A stretch of DNA of 64,000 bases from an uncultured Porphyromonadaceae bacterium (GTDB lineage: Bacteria > Bacteroidota > Bacteroidia > Bacteroidales > Muribaculaceae), in assembly GCA_902470475.1 (NCBI GenBank), contig CABRGT010000002.1, forward strand, positions 25,046-89,045, in the 5' to 3' direction. Positions 29,102 to 39,124 of this stretch are shown here, piece by piece. Positions within the stretch are counted from its first letter, which is position 1, and the number at the start of each line of letters is the position of its first letter. Made by a program: the position numbers and the translations under genes. The notes beneath the pieces are model-generated. The model saw nothing but the letters and a program-made list of their open reading frames with translations. It did not search any database and was not told where the DNA came from.

Positions 29102-30468
29102 TAATAATTAGCTTTTCGGGGGCAAATATACGAATTTTCGGCGGCACGCGCCAAGCGGTTTTTAACTCTTTTATAAAAAAACAACAACTCTTGGGAGAAT
29201 TTGTTGACAGATCGGAAGACATAACGCATGGCAGCCGCCGGATCGATGCGGGCCGCCAGCCGGGCCGGCAGTATGAGTATGAGCCACGCGCCCGCGGCCA
29301 CACCTGCATTCAGAAGCGCGAGCCACAGCCAGTTGATCTCAACCGGGACATACGAAAGATAATACATCTGCGGATCAAGAGGCACGGCATGGGTAGCCGA
29401 CTGTAACAGTATCAGCCCTATGCCCAGCGCATTTCCTATCAGCATCCCCGTTCCGACCAGCTTCATGGCGATATTGACGAATATGCCGCTCACCAGCGAC
29501 CGCGACGCGCCGAGCGACCGCAGTATGCCGATCGTGGTGACACGGTCGAGAATGATGATGAACAGACTCGATATAAGCGTGAATCCGGCCACGCACAGCA
29601 TCAGTATGAAAATAACCACTACGTTCGTATCGAGCAGGTCGAGCCAGTTCAGATACAGAGCGCCGGTATCGGTTATGTCAGTGGTACGGTACATGCGTGA
29701 GAGTTCACCGCCGGCCATGGCATTGATAAACCTTTCGGACAGCCTTGCCGACACCGCAGGAGCCTCATCGATCGTGATGCCTTCGACCGCGATCGAAGTC
29801 GCGGCAAGGGAATCGCCTCCCGACAGGCGCTGAAGCATCGGCAGCGATGCGTAGACTACATGATCGTCGTACTCAGCAAAATTCGAACGGTAGAGTCCCG
29901 ACAGGTAGACCCGGCGCGCCTTCACTTCCCCATCGGTGAAAAAATACAGGAAAGTCCTGTCGCCGACGCCAAGACCGAGGCGCTCGGCCAAAGGCTGCGA
30001 CATGACTATCGAATCGCGTGACGTTTCCTCACCGAAAGCGGGCCACGAACCGGCTACCATATTGCCGCGCTCGAAAGAATCATCGTGACTGATATCGCGG
30101 GCAACGCATTCCACGGCATTGAAGTCGCTGTCGGTCTTGACAATCGCCTTTCGTGCGAGCGAAAGCGACAGCCGCCCCTCCGGTACGGTCTCGCGCACGA
30201 TACGCATAAGAGTGTCTGACGCATGCAGAAGAGGCTCGTCGACCGCCGTGGCGTAGTTGACTGGAGGCAGCACCGACACCACGGCGTCGAATCCGGCTAT
30301 CTTGCGGCGTATTTCGTGCTTGAAGCCGGCCGTTATCGCAAGACTCAGCTCCATCACCACGATAGCCAGTGCCACGCCGGCTATTGCGATGACCACGCCG
30401 GTCGACGTACTCGCCGGTGTTCCGCGGCCGATTCTCAGCCGCTTCGATATCCAGTAGGCTACCTTCAT
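29101..30468 (-). CDS. lolE: Lipoprotein-releasing ABC transporter permease (LolC/E, FtsX family); C-terminus probably artefactually extended
   Basis: Start reassigned to ATG 30468 (MKVAYWISKRL; TAACTTTG at 30478-30485). IAIAGVALA..., IILDRVTTIGILRSLGA, LDPQMYYLSYVPVEI, PARLAARIDPAAAMRY. Confidence 0.85.
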   Translation of the reverse strand: MKVAYWISKRLRIGRGTPASTSTGVVIAIAGVALAIVVMELSLAITAGFKHEIRRKIAGFDAVVSVLPPVNYATAVDEPLLHASDTLMRIVRETVPEGRLSLSLARKAIVKTDSDFNAVECVARDISHDDSFERGNMVAGSWPAFGEETSRDSIVMSQPLAERLGLGVGDRTFLYFFTDGEVKARRVYLSGLYRSNFAEYDDHVVYASLPMLQRLSGGDSLAATSIAVEGITIDEAPAVSARLSERFINAMAGGELSRMYRTTDITDTGALYLNWLDLLDTNVVVIFILMLCVAGFTLISSLFIIILDRVTTIGILRSLGASRSLVSGIFVNIAMKLVGTGMLIGNALGIGLILLQSATHAVPLDPQMYYLSYVPVEINWLWLALLNAGVAAGAWLILILPARLAARIDPAAAMRYVFRSVNKFSQELLFFYKRVKNRLARAAENSYICPRKANY

Positions 30469-30553
30469 ATTCAGCCGCAAAGTTACAACTTTCGCCTCAA
30501 CCGATAAAAAAATTTTGAGGATTGATGGATTTTTCTGAACTTTGCGGTGGAAT

Positions 30554-32938
30554 ATGTTACTTTCAGAATTAAAAACCGGGCAGAAAGCCATCGTCGTAAA
30601 GATACTCGGACACGGCGCTTTCCGCAAACGCGTCATCGAGATGGGTTTTGTCAAGGGTCGGGAGGTCAAGGCTGAACTTTCGGCGCCGCTGAAAGACCCT
30701 ATCAAATACGAAATTCTCGGCTACAGCATATCGCTGCGCCGCAGCGAGGCCGAAATGATCGAGGTCATTCCGGAGGATTCCGGCAACGGGGCCGACCATT
30801 CCGGAAGAACCGACCACGGCACCATGGCCGACAGCCACCATCCTGCCACAAGCGAGGCCCACAATGCGTCGCACCATATAAACATAGCACTTGTCGGAAA
30901 TCCCAACTGCGGCAAGACTTCGCTGTACAACCGTCTCTCCGGTTCGAGCGAGCACGTAGGAAACTACGGCGGCGTCACGGTCGACGTAAAGAAGAGCTCT
31001 TTCAAATACAAGGACTACACCATCACTCTCGTCGATCTGCCGGGCACATACTCCCTGTCGGCATACACTCCCGAGGAGCTGTACGTAAGGCGCTATCTGC
31101 GCGACGAATGCCCCGACATAGTGCTGAACGTGGTCGATGCGTCGAATCTCGAGCGCAATCTATACCTTACCACGGAAATCATCGACATGAATCTGCCGAT
31201 GGTCATCGCGCTCAACATGTACGACGAATTCCGTGCATCCGGTTCGAAACTCGACTACAAGATGCTGGGCGAAATGCTCGGCGTGCCGATGCAGCCGATT
31301 GTAGCCCGGTCGGGCGAAGGGCTCGACGCCCTGCTCGACACCGTCATCGATGTATATGAACGGCGTCATCAGGCCGTGCGCCATATCCACGTAAAACTCG
31401 ACGCCGACACCGAAAAGGCCCTGCGCACGATCATAGATAAGATAAAGCAGATTCCGTCGATCGGGCACCGGTTCTCTCCGCGATACCTCGCCATCAAATT
31501 CCTCGAGGGCGACCGCGAGGTCGAAAGCATACTCAAGGCTGTGCCGGACTATCCGCAGCTCACCGGGCTGCGCGACACGCTTCGCGCCGACCTCGAGCAT
31601 CTGCACCAGGAGGACATCACATCCACCATCGCCGCCGAAAAGTACGGCTTCATAGCCGGCGCGCTCGCCGAGACTCTCGTCAGCGGCGAAGGCGACAGTC
31701 ACAATTCATCGTCGGTCATCGACAAGATCGTGACTAACAAGCTTTTCGGCTTCCCGCTGTTCCTGATGATCATGTTCGTGATCTTCTGGGCCACTTTCTT
31801 CATAGGCCAGTATCCGATGGACTGGATCCAGGCCGGCGTCGACTGGCTATCCGGACTTACGGCCCGCTACATGCCCGACGGCATCCTCAAGGACCTCATC
31901 GCCGACGGCATAATAGGAGGCGTAGGCGGCGTGATCGTGTTCCTGCCGAACATTCTTATACTCTATTTCTGCATATCGTTCATGGAGGACACCGGCTACA
32001 TGGCCCGCGCAGCCTTCATAATGGATAAAATCATGCACCGTATAGGTCTGCACGGCAAATCGTTCATACCGCTGCTGATGGGCTTCGGCTGCAACGTGCC
32101 TGCGATTCTGGCCACACGCTCGATCGAAAGCCGCTCGAGCCGCCTCATCACTATACTGATCAACCCGTTCATGTCGTGTTCGGCGCGCCTGCCCATCTAC
32201 GTATTGTTCATCGGTACATTTTTCTACGATCATGCGGCCCTCGTGTTCATGGGGCTGTATCTTCTGGGCATCGCTGTGGCCGTCGTGACGGCGCGGCTGC
32301 TCCGCAGAGCCAGATTCAAGAAAGACGAGACTCCATTCGTGATGGAGCTTCCTCCATACCGTGTGCCGACATGGAACGCCATGCTGCGCCACACCTGGGG
32401 CAAAGGCGTGCAGTATCTGAAAAAGATGGGCGGCATCATCTTGTTCGCCAGCATCATAGTGTGGGCGCTCAACTACTTTCCCCGTCACGACGATGCGCCG
32501 CATGCCACCGAGGAACCGGAGATCAGTCTCGAGCACGACTCATACCTCGAGACGGCCGGCAAGTTCATCAATCCCGTGATGGAACCGTTAGGATTCAGCT
32601 GGCGGGCATCTGTGGCCGCCCTTGCCGGCGTGCCGGCCAAGGAGATCGTAGTCTCGACCCTGGGCGTGCTTTACACCGACGACGAAGCCGTCGACGACGT
32701 ATCGCTCGGCCATCGGCTCACGGCGCCGGGGCCCGGGGGCTCGGCACCGGATTTCACTCCTGCCGTCGCCTTGAGCTTCATGATATTCATTCTGCTCTAT
32801 TGCCCGTGCATGGCTACAGTGACAGCGATCGTGAAAGAAACCGGCTCATGGCACTGGGGCGCATTCAGCGTCATTTATAACACGGCGGTCGCCTGGATGA
32901 TCGCATTCATAGTTTACCGGATAGCATTGCTGATATGA
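30554..32938 (+). CDS. feoB: Ferrous iron transporter FeoB with fused N-terminal FeoA
   Basis: FeoA (LSELKTGQ..APLKDP..SLRRSEA); G1 GNPNCGKT, DLPGTYSL, NMYD; PFMSCSARLP; PFVMELPPY. Start reassigned to ATG 30554. Confidence 0.96.
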   Translation: MLLSELKTGQKAIVVKILGHGAFRKRVIEMGFVKGREVKAELSAPLKDPIKYEILGYSISLRRSEAEMIEVIPEDSGNGADHSGRTDHGTMADSHHPATSEAHNASHHINIALVGNPNCGKTSLYNRLSGSSEHVGNYGGVTVDVKKSSFKYKDYTITLVDLPGTYSLSAYTPEELYVRRYLRDECPDIVLNVVDASNLERNLYLTTEIIDMNLPMVIALNMYDEFRASGSKLDYKMLGEMLGVPMQPIVARSGEGLDALLDTVIDVYERRHQAVRHIHVKLDADTEKALRTIIDKIKQIPSIGHRFSPRYLAIKFLEGDREVESILKAVPDYPQLTGLRDTLRADLEHLHQEDITSTIAAEKYGFIAGALAETLVSGEGDSHNSSSVIDKIVTNKLFGFPLFLMIMFVIFWATFFIGQYPMDWIQAGVDWLSGLTARYMPDGILKDLIADGIIGGVGGVIVFLPNILILYFCISFMEDTGYMARAAFIMDKIMHRIGLHGKSFIPLLMGFGCNVPAILATRSIESRSSRLITILINPFMSCSARLPIYVLFIGTFFYDHAALVFMGLYLLGIAVAVVTARLLRRARFKKDETPFVMELPPYRVPTWNAMLRHTWGKGVQYLKKMGGIILFASIIVWALNYFPRHDDAPHATEEPEISLEHDSYLETAGKFINPVMEPLGFSWRASVAALAGVPAKEIVVSTLGVLYTDDEAVDDVSLGHRLTAPGPGGSAPDFTPAVALSFMIFILLYCPCMATVTAIVKETGSWHWGAFSVIYNTAVAWMIAFIVYRIALLI

Positions 32939-34353
32939 TCGACCGACTGCAGACAGCCATAAGCGACATCGCGGCATTTTGCAGCGACTACGCACTTGTG
33001 CCTCTGCTGCTCATAGTCGCATTATATTTTACGTGGCTTACCCGTGGAGTCCAGTTTGTGATGATACCCGAGATGCTGCGCCTCCTTGTGTCGTCGGGCA
33101 GAAAAGTCAGAGGTATCGGCTCGCACGGCTCGGGCGGAGTCAGTTCGTTTCAGGCTTTTGCCGTATCCATTGCCTCGCGCGTCGGCACCGGCAATCTGGC
33201 CGGAGTGGCATCGGCCATAGCCATCGGCGGCCCGGGCGCAGTCTTCTGGATGTGGGTGATAGCCCTCCTTGGCGCGGCAAGTTCGTTCGCCGAGTCCACG
33301 CTCGCACAGCTGTTCAAGGTCCGCGGAAAGTCATCGTTCGTGGGAGGACCGGCCTATTATATCGAGCGGGGGCTCCGTAATCACCCGTGGGCCGTCACGT
33401 TTGCCGTACTAATCACACTTACCTTCGGATTTGCCTTCAACACCGTGCAGGCCAATACCATCACCGACGCCCTGCATGAGTCTTTCGGTATATCGCCGGT
33501 CATAACAGCCGTCACGCTTGCCGCTCTTACACTGGCCATCATCTGCGGCGGCATCAGGCGCATATCGCGGTTCAGCCAGTGGGTCGTGCCGGTGATGGCC
33601 GTAGCATACATACTACTGGCTGTGACCGTAGTGATCCTGAACTTCGACCGCCTGCCGCAGGTACTCGAACTGATTTTCGAGAACGCGTTCGGCTTCCGCG
33701 AGGCAGCAGGCGGCACTCTCGGCGCCGCCATGATTATGGGCATCAAGCGCGGACTGTTCAGCAACGAGGCCGGCGAGGGATCCACGCCTAACGCCGCCGC
33801 CACGGCCGACGTATCCCATCCCGTCAAACAAGGCCTCATACAGGCTCTCGGCGTCTACACCGACACACTGATCGTATGCTCGTGCACTGCGTTCATAATA
33901 TTGTGCAGCGGCCTCTACCTCGAAGGCCACGACGGCATCGTACTCACTCAGAAAGCAATCGACGCCGGACTTGGAGTCGACGCGCACGTAGGGTCGGCAT
34001 TCGTAGCCGTGGCCATATTCTTCTTCGCTTTCACCAGCATCGTCGCCAATTATTATTACGGCGAGACCAACCTGCAGTTCATCACCCGCGCGCCCTGGGT
34101 CATCCCGGCATACCGTGCGCTCGTCGGCGCGGTAGTGCTCGGGGGCTCTCTTGCGTCGCTCGATCTCGTATGGGGTTTCGCCGATATCACGATGGCGCTG
34201 ATGACTCTATGCAACCTGGGCGCCATCATAGGGCTGTCGAGATTCGTGAGAATACTGCTCACCGACTACCGGCGCCAGCGACCGCTGGGCGATCCCGTCT
34301 ACCGGGCTTCTACAATACCGGAAATCGCCTCAATAACCGATGTCTGGAAATAA
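32935..34353 (+). CDS. Alanine/glycine:cation symporter (AGCS)
   Basis: VGTGNLAGVASAIAIGGPGAVFWMW, GGPAYYI, RGLFSNEAG, DTLIVCSCTA. Confidence 0.94.
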   Translation: MIDRLQTAISDIAAFCSDYALVPLLLIVALYFTWLTRGVQFVMIPEMLRLLVSSGRKVRGIGSHGSGGVSSFQAFAVSIASRVGTGNLAGVASAIAIGGPGAVFWMWVIALLGAASSFAESTLAQLFKVRGKSSFVGGPAYYIERGLRNHPWAVTFAVLITLTFGFAFNTVQANTITDALHESFGISPVITAVTLAALTLAIICGGIRRISRFSQWVVPVMAVAYILLAVTVVILNFDRLPQVLELIFENAFGFREAAGGTLGAAMIMGIKRGLFSNEAGEGSTPNAAATADVSHPVKQGLIQALGVYTDTLIVCSCTAFIILCSGLYLEGHDGIVLTQKAIDAGLGVDAHVGSAFVAVAIFFFAFTSIVANYYYGETNLQFITRAPWVIPAYRALVGAVVLGGSLASLDLVWGFADITMALMTLCNLGAIIGLSRFVRILLTDYRRQRPLGDPVYRASTIPEIASITDVWK

Positions 34354-34371
34354 ATTATTAACTTTGCAAAA

Positions 34372-34929
34372 ATGAACACGACTATGGATACAATGAGCCA
34401 GTTTGACGGTGCTATCGCTCAGTGCCACGACATATTTACTGCAAAACTGAATGACTACGGCGCTTCATGGCGCATCATGCGCCCGTGCAGCGTCACCGAT
34501 CAGATATTCATCAAGGCCAAGCGTATACGGTCGATCGGGACAAAAGGCTGCTCCAGTGTCGGCGAAGGTATTCTGCCCGAGTTCAAGGCCATTGTCAACT
34601 ACGCTGTCATCGGCATAATCCAGTTACGCCGGGGCTACTCCGACACCATAGATATGTCGGCGGACGAGGCCGTGAAATTATATGACGGAATAACGGCCGA
34701 AGCTCGCCGTCTTCTGGAAATCAAGAACCACGACTATGACGAGGCCTGGCGTTCGATGCGCGTGTCATCGTACACCGATTTCATCCTTACCAAAATCGAG
34801 CGCGTAAAAGAAATCGAAGACAACGGCGGCGCCGTCAAAGTGTCGGAAGGCATCGACTCCAATTACTTCGACATTCTGGTATACGCTATTTTCGGTATAA
34901 TCAAACTCACGGAATGTCCGGACGAATGA
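34372..34929 (+). CDS. DUF1599 domain protein
   Basis: Two repeats K..DYG..WR / KNHDYDEAWR; EGIDSNYFDILVYAIFGIIKL. Confidence 0.85.
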   Translation: MNTTMDTMSQFDGAIAQCHDIFTAKLNDYGASWRIMRPCSVTDQIFIKAKRIRSIGTKGCSSVGEGILPEFKAIVNYAVIGIIQLRRGYSDTIDMSADEAVKLYDGITAEARRLLEIKNHDYDEAWRSMRVSSYTDFILTKIERVKEIEDNGGAVKVSEGIDSNYFDILVYAIFGIIKLTECPDE

Positions 34930-36161
34930 AAACAGCGGCCGTATGGCTGTTGAGGCTGCTGACCGGCGCCACATTCATCATGTCGGGCTGGGCCAAGTGC
35001 GTCGATCCCTGGGGATTTGTCATAAAGATCCAGGAATACCTCTCCGTATGGGGCATGGCAGGATTTCCGCGCGACATCGTTCTTGTGGGCGCTGTAGCTC
35101 TATCGCTCTTCGAGCTGATCACCGGCGTGGCTCTGGCCACCGGCTCGCTGAGGCGCTCGACCCCCCTCTGCGGCCTGGCCATGATGTTTTTCATGCTGCC
35201 CCTCACTATTTACATCTACATAGCTGATCCGGTGGCCGACTGCGGCTGCTTCGGCGATCTGCTTGTCATATCGAACGGAGCCACCCTGCTCAAGAATATC
35301 ATTCTCACGGCAGCCCTGGTACTTCTTGTCCTGTGGCACGACCGGGCCAAGCCGCTTCTACGCCCCTCGCTGCAGTGGCTCGCACTGGCCATTGCCGGCA
35401 TCTACGGCCTGACACTTGCCATATTGGGATGGCAGTTCCAGCCGACCGTCGATTTCCGCCCCTACCCCGTCGGTTCTGAACTCGTGACAGCCGACAGCAA
35501 CACCGAGGGAGCGATCCCCGAGTACATCTACAGCAAGGACGGACGGGAAGAGCGGTTCTCGCTTGACTGCCTGCCTGATTCGACATGGACTTTCATCGGG
35601 CAGGTTTCAGCCCCAGGAAGCATGCACGAAGGACTGGCTATATTCGACGGCGACGAAGAAGTTACAGAGGATGTCCTCGCTTCCGTCGAAGGCGATATGA
35701 TCATACTCGTGGTCAATAATCCCGATATCGACTATCTGACACGTGCCAGGCTGACCAATGAGATCAATGCCGCCCTTGAAGCGCGCGGCGGCTCTATGAT
35801 CGGTCTGGTGGCGGCATCCGGCGAGACCCTCGAGCAGTGGATCGAGCTTGCCCGCCCCGACTTCGACATATATTCGGCCTCGGATACGTCGCTCAAGGAG
35901 CTCGCCCGCGGCGACGCCGCTCTGGTGGCTGTGCGCGACGGACGGATACTCTGGAAAAATTCCCTGTCGACAATCGATCCGGCTTTCGTGAAATCTTCAT
36001 CGCCGATCGACTCTGTTACCGTGTACGACGATGGCCGCGTGGCCCTGTGGCTCACTCTCAGCGCCCTCATATGCCTCGCGTTTATCACCGCCATCGATTA
36101 CATGACACGCTGTCACGAGGTTTCCCGGCACGTAAAAGACACTCCAAAGAGCAATGGCTGA
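34926..36161 (+). CDS. DoxX/MauE-like membrane protein (BT_3928 family)
   Basis: RLLTGATFIMSGWAKCVDPWGF, PVADCGCFGD, DFRPYPVG; ATGA overlap with the DUF1599 gene. Confidence 0.85.
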   Translation: MKTAAVWLLRLLTGATFIMSGWAKCVDPWGFVIKIQEYLSVWGMAGFPRDIVLVGAVALSLFELITGVALATGSLRRSTPLCGLAMMFFMLPLTIYIYIADPVADCGCFGDLLVISNGATLLKNIILTAALVLLVLWHDRAKPLLRPSLQWLALAIAGIYGLTLAILGWQFQPTVDFRPYPVGSELVTADSNTEGAIPEYIYSKDGREERFSLDCLPDSTWTFIGQVSAPGSMHEGLAIFDGDEEVTEDVLASVEGDMIILVVNNPDIDYLTRARLTNEINAALEARGGSMIGLVAASGETLEQWIELARPDFDIYSASDTSLKELARGDAALVAVRDGRILWKNSLSTIDPAFVKSSSPIDSVTVYDDGRVALWLTLSALICLAFITAIDYMTRCHEVSRHVKDTPKSNG

Positions 36162-37536
36162 CAACAAAGTCACATCACAACTCACATTAGGCACCAATCC
36201 TATCGGGCGCCTGCTGCTGCAATATTCCGTACCGGCCATCATAGCGGCAGTGGCCACGTCGCTGTACAATATCATCGACAGCATATTCATCGGACGCGGC
36301 GTAGGCCCCATGGCCATCTCGGGTCTGGCCATCACATTCCCGCTGATGAACCTTGTCATCGGATTCTGCACCCTGGTCGCCGCCGGCGGCGCTACCGTCA
36401 GCTCCATATTCCTGGGACAGAAGAATTTGGACCGCGCCACCGACACCATCAACAATGTGCTGGTGCTGTGTCTGATCCATTCAGTCGTCTTCGGGGGCCT
36501 GTCGCTGCTGTTTCTCGACAACATCCTGTACTTCTTCGGCGCCACAGCCGAGACAATACCGTATGCCCGCGAGTTCATGAAGATCATACTTTACGGCACG
36601 CCGGTATCCTATGTTTTCATCGGATTGAACAATCTGATGCGCGCCACCGGATATCCCAAGAAAGCCATGATATCGGCCCTGCTGTCGGTGCTTGTCAACG
36701 TGATCCTGGCACCGATATTCATTTTCTCATTCGAATGGGGCATCCGCGGCGCGGCACTTGCCACCATCATAGGCCAGTTCTGCGCATTCATATGGGTGCT
36801 GATACATTTTCTTTCAAAAAAAAGCATCGTACACTTCGACAGTCACAAGCAGTGGCTGTCGTGGCCTCTTGTCCGGCGCATATACGCCATCGGCCTCTCG
36901 CCGCTGCTCATGAATGCGACAGCCTGCTTCGTGGTGGTGTTTATCAACAAATCACTGCTCGACGTGGCCGGCGACTTCGGCAATATTGCCGTGGGATCGT
37001 ATGGCATCATCAACCGCACGACTATGTTTTTCGTGATGATCGTCTTCGGCGTCACGCAGGGCATGCAGCCTATTTTAGGATATAACTACGGAGCATCGCA
37101 GTGGCCGCGGGTAGCCGAGACACTGCGCAAGGGCATATGGATCGGGGCCTCGATCACAACACTGGGCTGGCTCCTGACCGAACTGCTGCCGGATACGATC
37201 AGCTCGCTTTTTACCACCGACCGAAGCATGATCGACATCGCCCGCGAGGGATTCCGCATCTACTTCATCGTCTATCCGCTTGTAGGCGTACAGATCGTCA
37301 TTCAGAACTATTTCCAGTCGATCGGCCATCCCAAATTGTCGATATTCCTGTCGCTCACCCGCCAGCTTATATTCCTGGTACCCCTGCTGTGGATACTCCC
37401 GAAGCATTTCGGCATCGACGGTGTATGGGCATCGATGGCAGGCAGCGATTTCCTGGCATTCGTCCTGGCCCTCACAACCATGTTCATAATGAACCGTCAC
37501 TTCCGCCGCGAGATGATCGCGCCCCCGACTAAATAA
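36154..37536 (+). CDS. MATE family efflux transporter
   Basis: LGTNPIGRLLLQYSVP, YNIIDSIFIG, WGIRGAALAT, QGMQPILGYNYGA. Confidence 0.93.
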   Translation: MADNKVTSQLTLGTNPIGRLLLQYSVPAIIAAVATSLYNIIDSIFIGRGVGPMAISGLAITFPLMNLVIGFCTLVAAGGATVSSIFLGQKNLDRATDTINNVLVLCLIHSVVFGGLSLLFLDNILYFFGATAETIPYAREFMKIILYGTPVSYVFIGLNNLMRATGYPKKAMISALLSVLVNVILAPIFIFSFEWGIRGAALATIIGQFCAFIWVLIHFLSKKSIVHFDSHKQWLSWPLVRRIYAIGLSPLLMNATACFVVVFINKSLLDVAGDFGNIAVGSYGIINRTTMFFVMIVFGVTQGMQPILGYNYGASQWPRVAETLRKGIWIGASITTLGWLLTELLPDTISSLFTTDRSMIDIAREGFRIYFIVYPLVGVQIVIQNYFQSIGHPKLSIFLSLTRQLIFLVPLLWILPKHFGIDGVWASMAGSDFLAFVLALTTMFIMNRHFRREMIAPPTK

Positions 37537-37543
37537 CCGTACA

Positions 37544-39109
37544 ATGGAAAAGGTCACACTTCGTGTAAAACCGCGCGTCGCAGCCACCGATTCCCTCCTG
37601 CGCGCCGAAGCTGCCGCCGCGCTGGGAGTCGCCCCTGCACGCATCGTCCGCACGGACATACTGCGCCGGTCTATCGACGCCCGCCAGCGACAGGTCATGG
37701 TCAATCTTACGCTCGGCGTACACATTGACAATCCCGACGAATCATGGCGCCGGTATGAGCCGATTCAATATCCCGATGTATCCGCAGCTCCATGCGCTAT
37801 TATTGTAGGAGCCGGACCCGCCGGACTGTTCGCGGCGCTTGAACTGATCGAGGCCGGGATCAGACCCGTGATACTGGAGCGCGGCAAGGACGTCGACTCG
37901 CGGCGCCGCGATCTGGCTCAGATCAGCCGCACGGGGATAGTCGACCCGGATTCGAACTATAGTTTCGGCGAAGGAGGAGCCGGTGCGTACTCCGACGGAA
38001 AACTGTATACCAGAAGTACCAAGCGCGGTCCCGTCGACAAGGTACTTCAGATATTTCACGCACACGGAGCCGATGACTCCATTCTTTGCGACGCGCACCC
38101 ACACATCGGCACCGACCGCCTGCCGGTCATCATCAAGGCAATGCGCGAGACCATCCTCGGCCATGGAGGGGAAGTGCATTTCAACTCACGAGTAAGCGGT
38201 CTCATTGCCGGAGACGGCACTGTCCGGGGTTGCGTAACCGCCGATGGACGTCGTTTCCACGGACCCGTCATCCTTGCCACAGGTCATTCAGCTCGAGACA
38301 TCTATGAAATGCTTGCCGCAGATAAAATCGACATCGAGCCCAAGGGAATCGCCGTGGGCGTGCGCCTCGAACATCCCCAGTCGCTTATCGATTGCCAGCA
38401 ATATCATTCGCCCGACGGACGAGGCAAGTATCTGCCTCCGGCGGAATACACCATGCTTACACGCGTTGACGGCCGGGCCGTATATTCGTTCTGCATGTGT
38501 CCCGGCGGCGTGATTGTCCCGGCTGCCACCGGTCCGGGCCAGCTGGTTGTCAACGGCATGTCATCCTCGAGCCGCGGCTCGCGCTGGGCCAACAGCGGCA
38601 TGGTCGTCGAAGTGCTGCCCGAGGATCTGCCCGAATACGACAAATACGGACCGCTCAAGATGATGCATTACCAGCAGGACATCGAGGCTGAATTCTCGAA
38701 AGCGGCCCGCGGCGGTCAGAAAGCGCCCGCACAGCGGATGACCGACTTTGTGTCAGGAAAGGAGTCGCACGACCTGCCGCGTTCGTCGTATGCGCCCGGC
38801 GTGTTTCCGGGCCGCGTCGACCGCCTGCTGCCGCCGCCGGTCGCCGACCGGCTGGCGCGAGGATTCGCCGAATTCGGCCGCAAGGCCCGCGGATTCATGA
38901 CCTCGGAGGCTGTGGTCATAGGACCCGAGACACGCACATCGTCACCCGTACGCATTCCGCGCGACAAGGTCACACGCGCCCACATCTCGGTCGAAGGTCT
39001 CTATCCCGTGGGAGAAGGCGCAGGCTATGCCGGCGGCATCGTTTCGGCCGCTATCGACGGCATCAACACCTCCCGCGCGCTCGCGGAAAAACTCCACACT
39101 CCGTCTTAA
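37544..39109 (+). CDS. FAD-dependent oxidoreductase
   Basis: IVGAGPAGLFAA, FGEGGAGAYSDGKL, FCMCPGG, ETRTSSPVRIPR, GEGAGYAGGIVSAAIDG. Confidence 0.9.
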   Translation: MEKVTLRVKPRVAATDSLLRAEAAAALGVAPARIVRTDILRRSIDARQRQVMVNLTLGVHIDNPDESWRRYEPIQYPDVSAAPCAIIVGAGPAGLFAALELIEAGIRPVILERGKDVDSRRRDLAQISRTGIVDPDSNYSFGEGGAGAYSDGKLYTRSTKRGPVDKVLQIFHAHGADDSILCDAHPHIGTDRLPVIIKAMRETILGHGGEVHFNSRVSGLIAGDGTVRGCVTADGRRFHGPVILATGHSARDIYEMLAADKIDIEPKGIAVGVRLEHPQSLIDCQQYHSPDGRGKYLPPAEYTMLTRVDGRAVYSFCMCPGGVIVPAATGPGQLVVNGMSSSSRGSRWANSGMVVEVLPEDLPEYDKYGPLKMMHYQQDIEAEFSKAARGGQKAPAQRMTDFVSGKESHDLPRSSYAPGVFPGRVDRLLPPPVADRLARGFAEFGRKARGFMTSEAVVIGPETRTSSPVRIPRDKVTRAHISVEGLYPVGEGAGYAGGIVSAAIDGINTSRALAEKLHTPS

Positions 39110-39124
39110 ATCCAGTTCAGACGA

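Noticed and set aside
30469..30705. N-terminal extensions in the ORF track (lolE from 30705, MFS from 51853, wzc from 52695, ribBA from 58507, hypothetical from 56666)
   Set aside because: They overlap neighbouring genes or run through -7 promoter elements; downstream ATGs give family-typical N-termini.
30554..30900. FeoA-FeoB fusion with His-rich linker
   Set aside because: The fusion is common in Bacteroidetes; not novel.
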